Origin: an uncultured Conexibacteraceae bacterium
Lineage (GTDB): Bacteria > Actinomycetota > Thermoleophilia > Solirubrobacterales > Solirubrobacteraceae
Direction of reading: 5' to 3'
Assembly: GCA_963832195.1 (NCBI GenBank)
Contig: CAWHTH010000006.1
Span: forward strand, 331,974 to 395,973
Length of the DNA stretch: 64,000 bases
Each line of letters starts with the position of its first letter. The first letter of the stretch is position 1. Shown here piece by piece: positions 44,133 to 52,155 of the stretch. Made by a program: the position numbers and the translations under genes. Under the pieces are notes generated by a model that was given only the letters and a program-made list of their open reading frames with translations, was not told the DNA's origin and ran no database searches.

Positions 44133-44783
44133 TCAGGCCGCTGTGACCGCCCAGTCGCCGAGCACCTGCCAGATACCCGCGACGGACGAGTGGGTCACGA
44201 CATTGAAGCCGTGCCGGGTGGTGCTCACCACGTTCGGGGCCCCTTCGGAGCCTCCCGTCCCGCTGTGTGTAACGCACAGGTGCCCGGGCGACGGCGTGAG
44301 CAAGCCTGCCGTAGTCTGGCAGTCGGGATGGGTTTCGCCGATCCGCACGACGTGAGCCTGGGGCACCGTCGCAAGAGTGAAGACAAACGAAACCATGTCC
44401 AGGTCGAAGTCGTTCCCGGCGCCCACGTTGGCCCACCGCCCGCGCAGCGTCTTCCCGCTTGGCAGCACGTCGGGGAACTCCCCTGCCGGGCCCGGTGCCC
44501 CAGTGTCGCCCGTCGGTCCCCGGGGACCAGTCGGCCCAGTAGGTCCGGGGCGGCCTCGCTGGTCCCAGTTCAGCGCCGTCTCGTTCGAGCTGCACTTGCG
44601 CACCGCATCGTCGATCACGCGCAGCGTGCCGCCCGACTTGGTGTAACACGCGTGAATCACGCCGTCTGAACCCGGGATCGCGGCGACCGCGAGCCCGGCG
44701 GCGGCAACAGCGGCCGCCACCGACGCGGCGATCACCGGCGACGACAGCCGACGGCCGGAACGGATGATGCGGGTAAAGAACAT
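44133..44783 (-). CDS. Secreted protein with a conserved N-module and collagen-like G-X-Y repeats
   Basis: 216 aa. Signal/anchor, IPGSDGVIHACYTKSGGTLRVIDDAVRKCSSNETALNWDQRG, then GRPGPTGPTGPRGPTGDTGAPGPAG. Paralog of 52156..52647. Confidence 0.75.
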   Translation of the reverse strand: MFFTRIIRSGRRLSSPVIAASVAAAVAAAGLAVAAIPGSDGVIHACYTKSGGTLRVIDDAVRKCSSNETALNWDQRGRPGPTGPTGPRGPTGDTGAPGPAGEFPDVLPSGKTLRGRWANVGAGNDFDLDMVSFVFTLATVPQAHVVRIGETHPDCQTTAGLLTPSPGHLCVTHSGTGGSEGAPNVVSTTRHGFNVVTHSSVAGIWQVLGDWAVTAA

Positions 44784-44829
44784 TTCGGTCCTCCCTCGAG
44801 GTGAAGTAGTGGCACCTGCTTCACCCGAA

Positions 44830-44856
44830 GACGCGCGCCCGCGGCGGTTTTCTCCC
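44830..44856 (-). promoter_or_regulatory. ECF-type promoter motif copy P3: GGGAGAAA-N15-CGTC
   Basis: Minus strand reads GGGAGAAA ACCGCCGCGGGCGCG CGTC. It lies 46 nt upstream of the ATG at 44783. Confidence 0.6.
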
Positions 44857-44861
44857 GCAGA

Positions 44862-47480
44862 TCAGGAGATGTGCTCGAGCGCTCGCGCCATCGCCGCTTC
44901 GAACGCGAGCGACCGCCCGCGCTCACGCGCGGCTTCGCGGGTGTCGTCGTCGAGGCTCGCGCCAACCATGGCCTCGCTTCGCGCACGAACGAACGCCTCG
45001 TAAGCCGGCGCCGCGCCGCCGAGAACCTCGCGCAGGCGCTCGGCGGTGCCGAGGAGCTCTGAGCCCGCTTCGGCTTCGCCCATTCGGGCGACCAGGCCGG
45101 CCGTGGTCTCCAGGCAATGCGCACCGCAGTTGCGGTTGTCCATCTGGTGGTAGAGAGGAAGCGCCTTGGCGAGGCATTCGCGGGCCACGTGGAGATCGCC
45201 GCGGGCCTCCGCGCCGATGGCGCGGAACTCCCAGATGTGGGCCTGCCAGTTCGGCGCGGGGATCTGATCGATCAGCACGGCCGCTTCCTCCAACATGGCC
45301 CATGCGCGGTCGACGTCGCGGTCGACCCACCACAGCGCGCACAGCGCCACCGTGAGGCCGACCATCAGAGGATCCTCGGATCGCCGAGCCACCTCGATCC
45401 CGTCCTCGATCAGGCCGCTGAGCTCAGCCTCCGTGATTCCCCCGCCGACGTGAACGCCCCAGGCATTGATCACCAACCAGAGATATGCAGCGGCCTGCGC
45501 GACGGTGTCGCCGGTCGCGCGCGCGATCTCGAGGCTCGCCGTGCAAAGCCGGGTGCCCTCCTCCCATACTCCGCTCTGGAAGCACAACCGCCCCGCCGCG
45601 AGCAGCCCCGCGGCGCGAACCGCATCTGAAACGTCGCCGGGGGCGGCGAGCAACCGCTCCATCATCGGCTGTGCTTCGCGCATGTGCCCGCGCCAGAGCC
45701 AGAACCCGGCGACGCTGATTGATGCGATCTTCAGGCCGGCCTCGGGATTGCCGGAGGCCAGCGACCACTCGAGCGCCGCGCGGGTGTTGTCGAGCTCGGT
45801 CTCGAGCAGGTCGAGGCAGCGCGCCTGCGCCAGACCGCTGAGTCCCGGCTCGACCTGTTGCGCGAAGGCGACCATCCAGTCCAAATGCGCGTCGCGGACC
45901 TCCTTCGCGCGCCCCGTTTCTTGGAGGCGATCGCGGCCGTACTGGCGCAGCGTTTCGAGCAACCGGTAGCGGACTACACCGTCGCGCGCCTCGTCGCGAA
46001 CCACGAGCGACTTGTCCACGAGCGTGCCGAGCCCCGCGAGGACCTCCCGCCGCTCCATCCCGCACGAAGCGCAGACGTCGGCCGCCGCATCCACCGTCCA
46101 GCCGCCGACGAAGACGGAGAGGCTGTCGAACAGGGTGCGGTGTCGGTCGTCGAGCAGGTCATAGCTCCACGCGACGGTGGCCTCGAGCGTGCGCTGGCGC
46201 GGCAGCGCCGTGCGTGCGCCGCCAGTCAGCAGCGTGAAGCGATCGTCGAGGTGAGCCGCCAGGTCGGCGAGCGAGAAGGAAGCTGTACGCGCGGCGGCGA
46301 GCTCGATCGCCAGCGGCAGGCCGTCGAGCCGCCGACACAGTTGCGTCACGAGCGGTTCCGACTCGCCCTCGAAATCGACACCTGGCTGCGCGTCGCGCGC
46401 ACGGTCGGTGAATAGCGCGACGGCGTCCGGGTCGGGGAGCGATGCGGTGCGGAACACGACCTCCCCGGGAATTCCGAGCGGCTCCCTGCTCGTGGCGAGG
46501 ACACGCAGGTTCGCCGCCTCCTGGAGCAGATCCTGCGCCACCCGTGCGGACTCGTCCACGAGGTGCTCGCAGTTGTCGACGACCAGGAGGAGCATCTCCG
46601 CGTCGCGCACGCGCGCGAGCACGTCGTCGCGCAGCGGGGTGTCCGGACGCTCGCGGACCCCGAGCGCCTGTGCGAAGGCCTTGATCACCAGGCCCGGATC
46701 GGCGACCGGGGCAAGGTCGACCAGCCAGGCGCCGCCTGACAGGTCCTCTGCACGGCGAGCCGCAAGCTCGAGCGCGAGGCGCGTCTTCCCCGTGCCACCG
46801 GCGCCGGTGAGAGTGACGAGACGCGCGTCGGTGAGGAGCGCGCCGATCTCCTCGAGCTCATGCTCGCGGCCTACGAACGTCGTCAGCTGGAGCGGCAGGT
46901 TGGTGCTCGGCGCGTCCGCCCTGCGCCCGGGGGTCGTGGGAGGTCCGGCGAGCAACGGGAAGGGGTTCTCGGGCTCCGGGGAATAGGTGCAGAACGCGCC
47001 TGTCTTCACAGCGCGCTCGAGATGGACACCGAGCTGCGGCAGCTCGTCCGCGATGTGGCGGACCGCCTTGCGGATCGCGCGGCCGACGCTCTGCCGCGCG
47101 CGCTCGGCCTGAGAGGCGGCCGGCCGGTCACGACCACCGAGTCCCACGGCCTGCGCCAGCTCGCGGCCGATGAAGTCGAGCTCCTCTTGGGCGCGCGCGG
47201 CACGCTCGTCGTCGTTCCAGGTCCGCGCCTCCTCCAGCTCTTCGCGCAGCCCCTGTACACGTGCGCGGTACTCGGACTTGGCCTGCTCGTCCAGCACCGG
47301 CGCCGCGCTCTCGGCCACCGTCGCCTCGGGAGCCGCGAGCTCGAGCACGTGCAGCTCCGCGCCGGGGTGCGCCAGCAGCGTCGCCAGATATTCGAGTCCC
47401 TTCGACGACTTCAGGCGCACCTCGGCCCCGCCGTGGCACACAGCCCAGTAGTCGCCCTCCCGCCACAGCCCTTGGTCCAT
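44862..47480 (-). CDS. STAND (NB-ARC-like) NTPase with a C-terminal TPR array and an N-terminal domain of unknown function
   Basis: P-loop LTGAGGTGKTRLALE, LLVVDNCEHL, GLPLAIELAA, then a TPR-like region. N-terminus has GDYWAVCHGGAEVRLKSSKGLEYLATLLAHPG. The ATG at 47480 has a GGGAGG RBS. The listed alternative start is 47534. Confidence 0.85.
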   Translation of the reverse strand: MDQGLWREGDYWAVCHGGAEVRLKSSKGLEYLATLLAHPGAELHVLELAAPEATVAESAAPVLDEQAKSEYRARVQGLREELEEARTWNDDERAARAQEELDFIGRELAQAVGLGGRDRPAASQAERARQSVGRAIRKAVRHIADELPQLGVHLERAVKTGAFCTYSPEPENPFPLLAGPPTTPGRRADAPSTNLPLQLTTFVGREHELEEIGALLTDARLVTLTGAGGTGKTRLALELAARRAEDLSGGAWLVDLAPVADPGLVIKAFAQALGVRERPDTPLRDDVLARVRDAEMLLLVVDNCEHLVDESARVAQDLLQEAANLRVLATSREPLGIPGEVVFRTASLPDPDAVALFTDRARDAQPGVDFEGESEPLVTQLCRRLDGLPLAIELAAARTASFSLADLAAHLDDRFTLLTGGARTALPRQRTLEATVAWSYDLLDDRHRTLFDSLSVFVGGWTVDAAADVCASCGMERREVLAGLGTLVDKSLVVRDEARDGVVRYRLLETLRQYGRDRLQETGRAKEVRDAHLDWMVAFAQQVEPGLSGLAQARCLDLLETELDNTRAALEWSLASGNPEAGLKIASISVAGFWLWRGHMREAQPMMERLLAAPGDVSDAVRAAGLLAAGRLCFQSGVWEEGTRLCTASLEIARATGDTVAQAAAYLWLVINAWGVHVGGGITEAELSGLIEDGIEVARRSEDPLMVGLTVALCALWWVDRDVDRAWAMLEEAAVLIDQIPAPNWQAHIWEFRAIGAEARGDLHVARECLAKALPLYHQMDNRNCGAHCLETTAGLVARMGEAEAGSELLGTAERLREVLGGAAPAYEAFVRARSEAMVGASLDDDTREAARERGRSLAFEAAMARALEHIS

Positions 47481-47565
47481 CGGTCCTCCCTCGCGGCCAA
47501 GTCTATGTCTGCAAGTCGTGAATTCCGCGTGCACATCGTGACGGCCGAATTCGCGCCTTCAGGGC

Positions 47566-48384
47566 ATGACGACGACAACCACAAACGACATCTACGCGAC
47601 GATCACCACCACCCCGCCCGAGGTCCAGGAGCTGATCGCGGGAGTGATGGAGCTACGCGCGGCACAGCCGGCCCAGCGAGAGATGCTCGAGTCCTACTTG
47701 GCCGAGCTTCCCCTGCCGGACGGCGCCCGCGTGCTGGAAGTGGGCTGCGGTACGGGCGCGGTCGCGCGCGTCATTGCCGCGGACCCGCGCGTCGGCGAGG
47801 TTGTCGGCGTCGATCCCTGCGCGCGGTTCGTCGAGCTTGCCCGCGAGCGCGTGAACGGCGGCGCGCCACAGTCGTTCCTCGTGGCAGACGGGCGTGTGCT
47901 CCCCGATCCCGACGAGACGTACGACGCCGTGGTCCTCCACACGGTTCTCTGCCACACGCCGCAGCCCGAGGAGCTCCTAGCCGAAGCGCACCGCGTCCTG
48001 CGCCCGGGCGGCTCGCTCGCCGTCTTCGACAACGACCCGGTCACCGCCACCGTCGCCAACGGGCCGCACGACCCGCTCCAGGTCTGCATCGACGCCGCCC
48101 TGGACGCGCTCGTGCACGACCCGTACCTCGCGCGCAAGCTGACGGGCCTAGTCCGCGCGGCTGGATTCGAGCCGGCGCAACAGCGCAGCCACGGCTACGC
48201 CGAGAGCGGCGAGTCGGCCTACCTGCTGTCCGTCTTGGACCGCGGGGCGGACGCGCTCGCCGCCACGGGCCGCATCGGGCCTGGTCTCGCCGAGGCACTC
48301 AAGGCCGAAGCGCGCGAGCGCATCGAGCAGGGGACGTTCGCCGCGCAGGCGGCCTACGCGAGCGTCATCGGCCGCAAGCGCTGA
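47566..48384 (+). CDS. Class I SAM-dependent methyltransferase
   Basis: 272 aa. Motif I VLEVGCGTGAVARV, LRPGGSLAVFD. Confidence 0.8.
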   Translation: MTTTTTNDIYATITTTPPEVQELIAGVMELRAAQPAQREMLESYLAELPLPDGARVLEVGCGTGAVARVIAADPRVGEVVGVDPCARFVELARERVNGGAPQSFLVADGRVLPDPDETYDAVVLHTVLCHTPQPEELLAEAHRVLRPGGSLAVFDNDPVTATVANGPHDPLQVCIDAALDALVHDPYLARKLTGLVRAAGFEPAQQRSHGYAESGESAYLLSVLDRGADALAATGRIGPGLAEALKAEARERIEQGTFAAQAAYASVIGRKR

Positions 48385-48486
48385 GCGCGGCGACAACCGG
48401 TTTCACGCATGGCTCGCGCTCGCCTCGCGGTGGCTTAGCGGTCGCCGCAGAGGCTGCGGAGCAGTCGATCTGGGAGGAGGCAGGAC

Positions 48487-49020
48487 ATGAGCACAGTTGC
48501 GATCCGCGTCCCGCTGCGAACGGCGCCGGGACGACGGCTACGGCTCGACGAGGAGGTCGTCGGGACCCACTTCGGGAGGCTCTTTCGGGCAGCGCTCGCG
48601 CTCACCGGCTCGCGGCCGGACGCCGAGGACCTCGTGCAGGACACGTTCGCACGGGTGCTGGCACGGCCGCGCTTTGTGCGCGGCGAGTCCGACCTGGGCT
48701 ATCTGCTTCAGGTGCTGCGCAACACATGCGTGTCGCGCCACCGCGCGGCATTGTGCCGCCCGCAGACAACCTGCTGGCCCGACGACGGCGAATACGCCGC
48801 AACCGACCGCTGCTACGACCCGCAGCTCGCGGCCGAGCGCCTCGACATCGCCGCCGCGCTGGCCAAGCTGCCGGCACCGATGCGTGACGCGGTCGTCGCG
48901 GTCGACGTGATGGACCTCGACTACCGCAGCGCCGCAAAGGCACTCAACGTCAGCGAAGGCACGATCCGCAGCCGCGTCTGGCGCGGCCGCGAACGGCTTG
49001 CGGGGCTGATCGAGCGTTGA
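48487..49020 (+). CDS. ECF-family RNA polymerase sigma factor
   Basis: 177 aa. Region 2 (AEDLVQDTFARVL..YLLQVLRN) and region 4 HTH (PMRDAVVAVDVMDLDYRSAAKALNVSEGTIRSRVWRGRERL). Confidence 0.88.
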   Translation: MSTVAIRVPLRTAPGRRLRLDEEVVGTHFGRLFRAALALTGSRPDAEDLVQDTFARVLARPRFVRGESDLGYLLQVLRNTCVSRHRAALCRPQTTCWPDDGEYAATDRCYDPQLAAERLDIAAALAKLPAPMRDAVVAVDVMDLDYRSAAKALNVSEGTIRSRVWRGRERLAGLIER

Positions 49021-49023
49021 AGG

Positions 49024-49050
49024 CGGAGAAAAACATGCGCGCTGCGCGTC
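49024..49050 (+). promoter_or_regulatory. ECF-type promoter motif copy P4: CGGAGAAA-N15-CGTC
   Basis: CGGAGAAA AACATGCGCGCTGCG CGTC starts 4 nt after the sigma-factor stop codon. Confidence 0.5.
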
Positions 49051-49141
49051 GTCAGACACAAGACCCAAGCCTGGCCGCGAGCGGCGCGGCGGGCCGCAAG
49101 GCCCGCGGTCGGTCCTCCCAGACACTCGCGGCCTGATCAAC

Positions 49142-49179
49142 GGCCGGGCGCGGGCACAGCGACCCGCCCGCGCCCGGCC
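49142..49179 (+). terminator. Strong GC hairpin (13-bp stem GGCCGGGCGCGGG/CCCGCGCCCGGCC, 12-nt loop) without a U-tract
   Basis: Read directly. Flanked by TGATCA/GATCA. Lies between promoter motif P4 and the 49297 ORF. It could be an I-shaped terminator, an attenuator or a protein site. Confidence 0.3.
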
Positions 49180-49296
49180 TCGATCAGCGCGCGTCTGCGC
49201 CGGTTCCAGCAGCTCATGAGTTCACGCCGGTGTCGCGGAGCTTTCACGGATGCGGGCGAGCCTCTCCCCACCCGACAACCACTCGACGGAGGGGAC

Positions 49297-49743
49297 ATGA
49301 ACACCATCCACACAGGGCGTAAGCGGTCATCTTGCGTCGCCGCAACCGCTGCGCTCGCGGCGTGCTTGTCGCTCACCACCGCCGGGACCGGTGTGCGGCA
49401 GCGCTACGAGCGGTATGCGTCGACGCTGGCGGATCGTCGTGCGAACCCCGTCGCGGCCGCGGCTGCGGCAGCGCACGAGGTGCCCAGCTGCCTGTTCCCC
49501 GACAACCAGGAGGCATTCGACGCCGCGCTCGCCGAGTCGCTCGCCGCGGTGCCGGACGGTCGGGCGGAGGTCGCCGGCGTGGCGCTCGGGCGGGCCGTCC
49601 TCTTCCGCCGTGGCGCGAGTGTGAATCGGACGCGAAACCCACCTCGCCGCGCGCGGGCTCAGCGCGCACGGACCGTCCGGGTCGTCGCGCGCACGCGGCG
49701 CCCGGCGGCGTCGGTGACCGAGCCGGAGATGCGGACCCGGTAG
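49297..49743 (+). pseudogene. Truncated N-terminal fragment of a PAP2/vanadium-haloperoxidase-like secreted protein
   Basis: GGAGGGG RBS and the ATG at 49297. Signal peptide. Then AAAAAAHEVPSCLFPDNQEAFDAALAESLAAVPDGRAEVAGVALGRAV, which resembles the N-terminal helices of that family. The reading frame degenerates where it overlaps the convergent 49659..52055 gene. Confidence 0.35.
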
Positions 49744-52055
49744 CGCTGGCCGCGGCGGATGCGCGGGCTTCGCATCGTGACGACGCGGCCGGTGAAATGC
49801 CGGGTCACGCGGGCGTCGATCGCGCTGCCGCGACCATCGCCGACGGTCACGGAACGAGGCCCGACCCCCGTCACGAACTTAGAGAAACGAATCTCGACAC
49901 GGCCGCTACGCGCACGGATGCTGCGGACGCGGGGAGCGCCCCGGCCGGCGGGGCCGGGGCGGACGACGATGAGCACCTGTGCAGTGCTCGACGCACCGGA
50001 CGCGTCGCGCGCCGTCAGCGTCACGGTGTGCGTGCCGACCGACGCCGTAGCCCACTGGATCCCTCCGCCCGAGGCGATGACACCGTCCCGGCTCGAGGTC
50101 CACGTCAGATTGTCGCCAGCACTGGAGCCGTCTTCGGAGTCGAACGCGGCGCCCTGGAGGTTGATGGGATTGCCGGCAGTCGCGACCAGTGCCGTTCGCC
50201 CGGGGGCGGGTGCAACGGGCACCTCGATCGCAACATGCGGGGCCTTGTTCGGCACGGGGAAGACCCGGTCGGATTCATCGACCGCCGTATGGAACCCGTC
50301 GCTCGCCAATACCCGGAACCGCCCCTTGTCCGTGCCTTCGAGATTCGCCATGTCGAGTGGATACGCGAGGTCGGGAATGTCCGAATCGATCGTCCGCCAC
50401 GTCGTTCCGCCGTCCTGGCTGTACTGGAGCACGTAGGTGAGCGTGTCGTTGTCACCGTCGACGGCGGTCCAGCTCACGTTGCGGGTGCCGGCCGTTTCGA
50501 GCGGCCTAGGCTCGGGCGGATCGGTCCAGTGCACTGTGGGGGCGTTCGCGGAGGCCGAGCGCGACGCCAGCACTGTGTCGCCGCGTCGCAGCTCGATACG
50601 AACGGCCCCTTCGACGATCGGGAGAATGACCCTGAAGTGATCTGTCCCGTCCGAATGGGCGATCTGGGGCGAGAACTCGCGCGTCACGAGGGCATTCCCG
50701 GAGCCGTCGAGCACGACGATCGAGTAAGGACCCGTCGTCGGTAGCGAGTCGCGCCCCTTCGCAACGGACTGATAGACCGTGGTCAGCTCTCCTCCCGTCG
50801 AGCTCACCACACCGGCGACCAGCAGACGCGGGCCGGGCGGGGGCTCAGGATCCGGGCTTGCCTGTGATGCCGATGCCAGGCCGTTAGCGGGACGGTGCTC
50901 CGCGTGCGTGCGCAGATAGTCGAGAATTTCCACGTAGCGCGCGCGCGAAATCCAATGGTCACCGTTCACCGTGTTCATGAAGATCGTCGCGCGATCGGGG
51001 ATCGCCCGGACGGCGTATGTGTCGAATCCCTTGATTCCGTCCTCCATCAGGCCGTCGTCGTGGCCGCCCAGGATCCCGACCATGCCGATGTTGTGTCCCA
51101 GCTCATGCGCGGGGGCGACCCCATCGCGTATTGCCACGAAGTCCTCGCCACGAATCTCCCCCCGGCCACCGATGGTCTCGCCGCCGTTGTTCACCCACGA
51201 CACAGTCGACGGTAAAACCCCCACGAACGACGTCTGGCCGGTGTATTCGACGACCGGGATGCCGGCGAGCGAGCTATTGGCATCCAGCGCCGCGAGGATC
51301 GACTGCGCATTGTTGGTGTTGCTGCGCAGCGTGCCCCAGAAGTCGCTCATGAGCAGCCGCTCGTCGGCCACCGGCCACAGCGACTTGATCGACGGCAGGA
51401 TCCGCGTCGGGTCGCTGACCGTCACCCCGGTCGGGTTATAGACCACGCGCCAGGGGAGCAGTGTGACTCCGCCGGAGCGCTGGAAGACCACGCGGACGTT
51501 CGCGGTATTCGCGTAGTCGTCGCAGCCCGGGCATTCCGGTAGCCGGAACGTCGCTCCCGACACATTGATCTGTACCTCGAACTGGACGTCGCCACGCTCC
51601 CAGTCGTCCGGGAGGATGAAATTCCACGTCAGGTGTGCGCCGTCGCGGGCGCGCTCACGTAACTGGTCGGTCGTGCCGACGCGCGTCGTCTCGACGTTGA
51701 GTCCTCCGCTGGTCCTTCTGCCCAGGAAGACACCGCTGCGACGCGCCGCCATGGAGGCGTACACCGGACCGACCGTGTTCGTCGTCGCGCCTTCGGCGGC
51801 AGCGGAGATCCGCACAGCCGTCTGCTTGCCCTCGATGAGAGGGACGGCCGTGGAGCCCGTCCCGGGGTAGTCGATGACCGAGCGTACGGTGCTCCGGCGC
51901 GTGTCGTTGTAGATGGCGCGCGGGCCCTGGATGGCCTGAGTGACCTCCACGCTTGTCACGTACAGGTTGAGGCTCTGCGCCGAGCCGACGCTGGGCACGG
52001 CCAGGCCGGCGAGCAGAGCGATGAGAACCGGGATGCGGAGAGCTGAGGGCTTCAT
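49659..52055 (-). CDS. Large secreted HEXXH zinc-metalloprotease-like protein with several Ig-like/PKD-like domains
   Basis: In-frame ATG at 52055 gives the signal peptide MKPSALRIPVLIALLAGLAVPSVGSAQS. HELGHNIG near the middle. C-terminal beta-rich repeats (e.g. VSWTAVDGDNDTLTYVLQYSQDGG, GTHTVTLTARDASG). The upstream part of the listed ORF is shadow sequence. Confidence 0.8.
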   Translation of the reverse strand: MKPSALRIPVLIALLAGLAVPSVGSAQSLNLYVTSVEVTQAIQGPRAIYNDTRRSTVRSVIDYPGTGSTAVPLIEGKQTAVRISAAAEGATTNTVGPVYASMAARRSGVFLGRRTSGGLNVETTRVGTTDQLRERARDGAHLTWNFILPDDWERGDVQFEVQINVSGATFRLPECPGCDDYANTANVRVVFQRSGGVTLLPWRVVYNPTGVTVSDPTRILPSIKSLWPVADERLLMSDFWGTLRSNTNNAQSILAALDANSSLAGIPVVEYTGQTSFVGVLPSTVSWVNNGGETIGGRGEIRGEDFVAIRDGVAPAHELGHNIGMVGILGGHDDGLMEDGIKGFDTYAVRAIPDRATIFMNTVNGDHWISRARYVEILDYLRTHAEHRPANGLASASQASPDPEPPPGPRLLVAGVVSSTGGELTTVYQSVAKGRDSLPTTGPYSIVVLDGSGNALVTREFSPQIAHSDGTDHFRVILPIVEGAVRIELRRGDTVLASRSASANAPTVHWTDPPEPRPLETAGTRNVSWTAVDGDNDTLTYVLQYSQDGGTTWRTIDSDIPDLAYPLDMANLEGTDKGRFRVLASDGFHTAVDESDRVFPVPNKAPHVAIEVPVAPAPGRTALVATAGNPINLQGAAFDSEDGSSAGDNLTWTSSRDGVIASGGGIQWATASVGTHTVTLTARDASGASSTAQVLIVVRPGPAGRGAPRVRSIRARSGRVEIRFSKFVTGVGPRSVTVGDGRGSAIDARVTRHFTGRVVTMRSPRIRRGQRYRVRISGSVTDAAGRRVRATTRTVRAR

Positions 52056-52064
52056 GCCCCCAAT

Positions 52065-52091
52065 GACGCCGCGCGCTTCCGTTTTTCTCCC
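52065..52091 (-). promoter_or_regulatory. ECF-type promoter motif copy P2: GGGAGAAA-N15-CGTC
   Basis: Minus strand reads GGGAGAAA AACGGAAGCGCGCGG CGTC. The CGTC ends 9 nt before the ATG at 52055, implying a leaderless or near-leaderless mRNA. Confidence 0.6.
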
Positions 52092-52118
52092 GGGAGAAAT
52101 CCTCCCGCGCGCGGCGTC
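52092..52118 (+). promoter_or_regulatory. ECF-type promoter motif copy P1: GGGAGAAA-N15-CGTC
   Basis: GGGAGAAA TCCTCCCGCGCGCGG CGTC, 37 nt upstream of the ATG at 52156 (GGGAGG RBS at 52143-52148). Confidence 0.6.
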
Positions 52119-52155
52119 GTCAAGAGCAACCAAGCAACCACTGGGAGGCTCTCTC

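Noticed and set aside
44466-44480. GGGGAACTCCCC palindrome inside 44133-44783 as another copy of the 31-nt element
   Set aside because: It shares only the G4/C4 core. It lacks the TGTCAC/GTGACA arms and the 5-nt centre.
49035-49139. 35-codon ORF (MRAARRQTQDPSLAASGAAGRKARGRSSQTLAA) after the sigma gene as a possible mini anti-sigma factor
   Set aside because: Its ATG lies inside the spacer of promoter motif P4. The peptide is Arg/Ala-rich with no TM segment or zinc-finger motif, and the apparent RBS is the motif itself.
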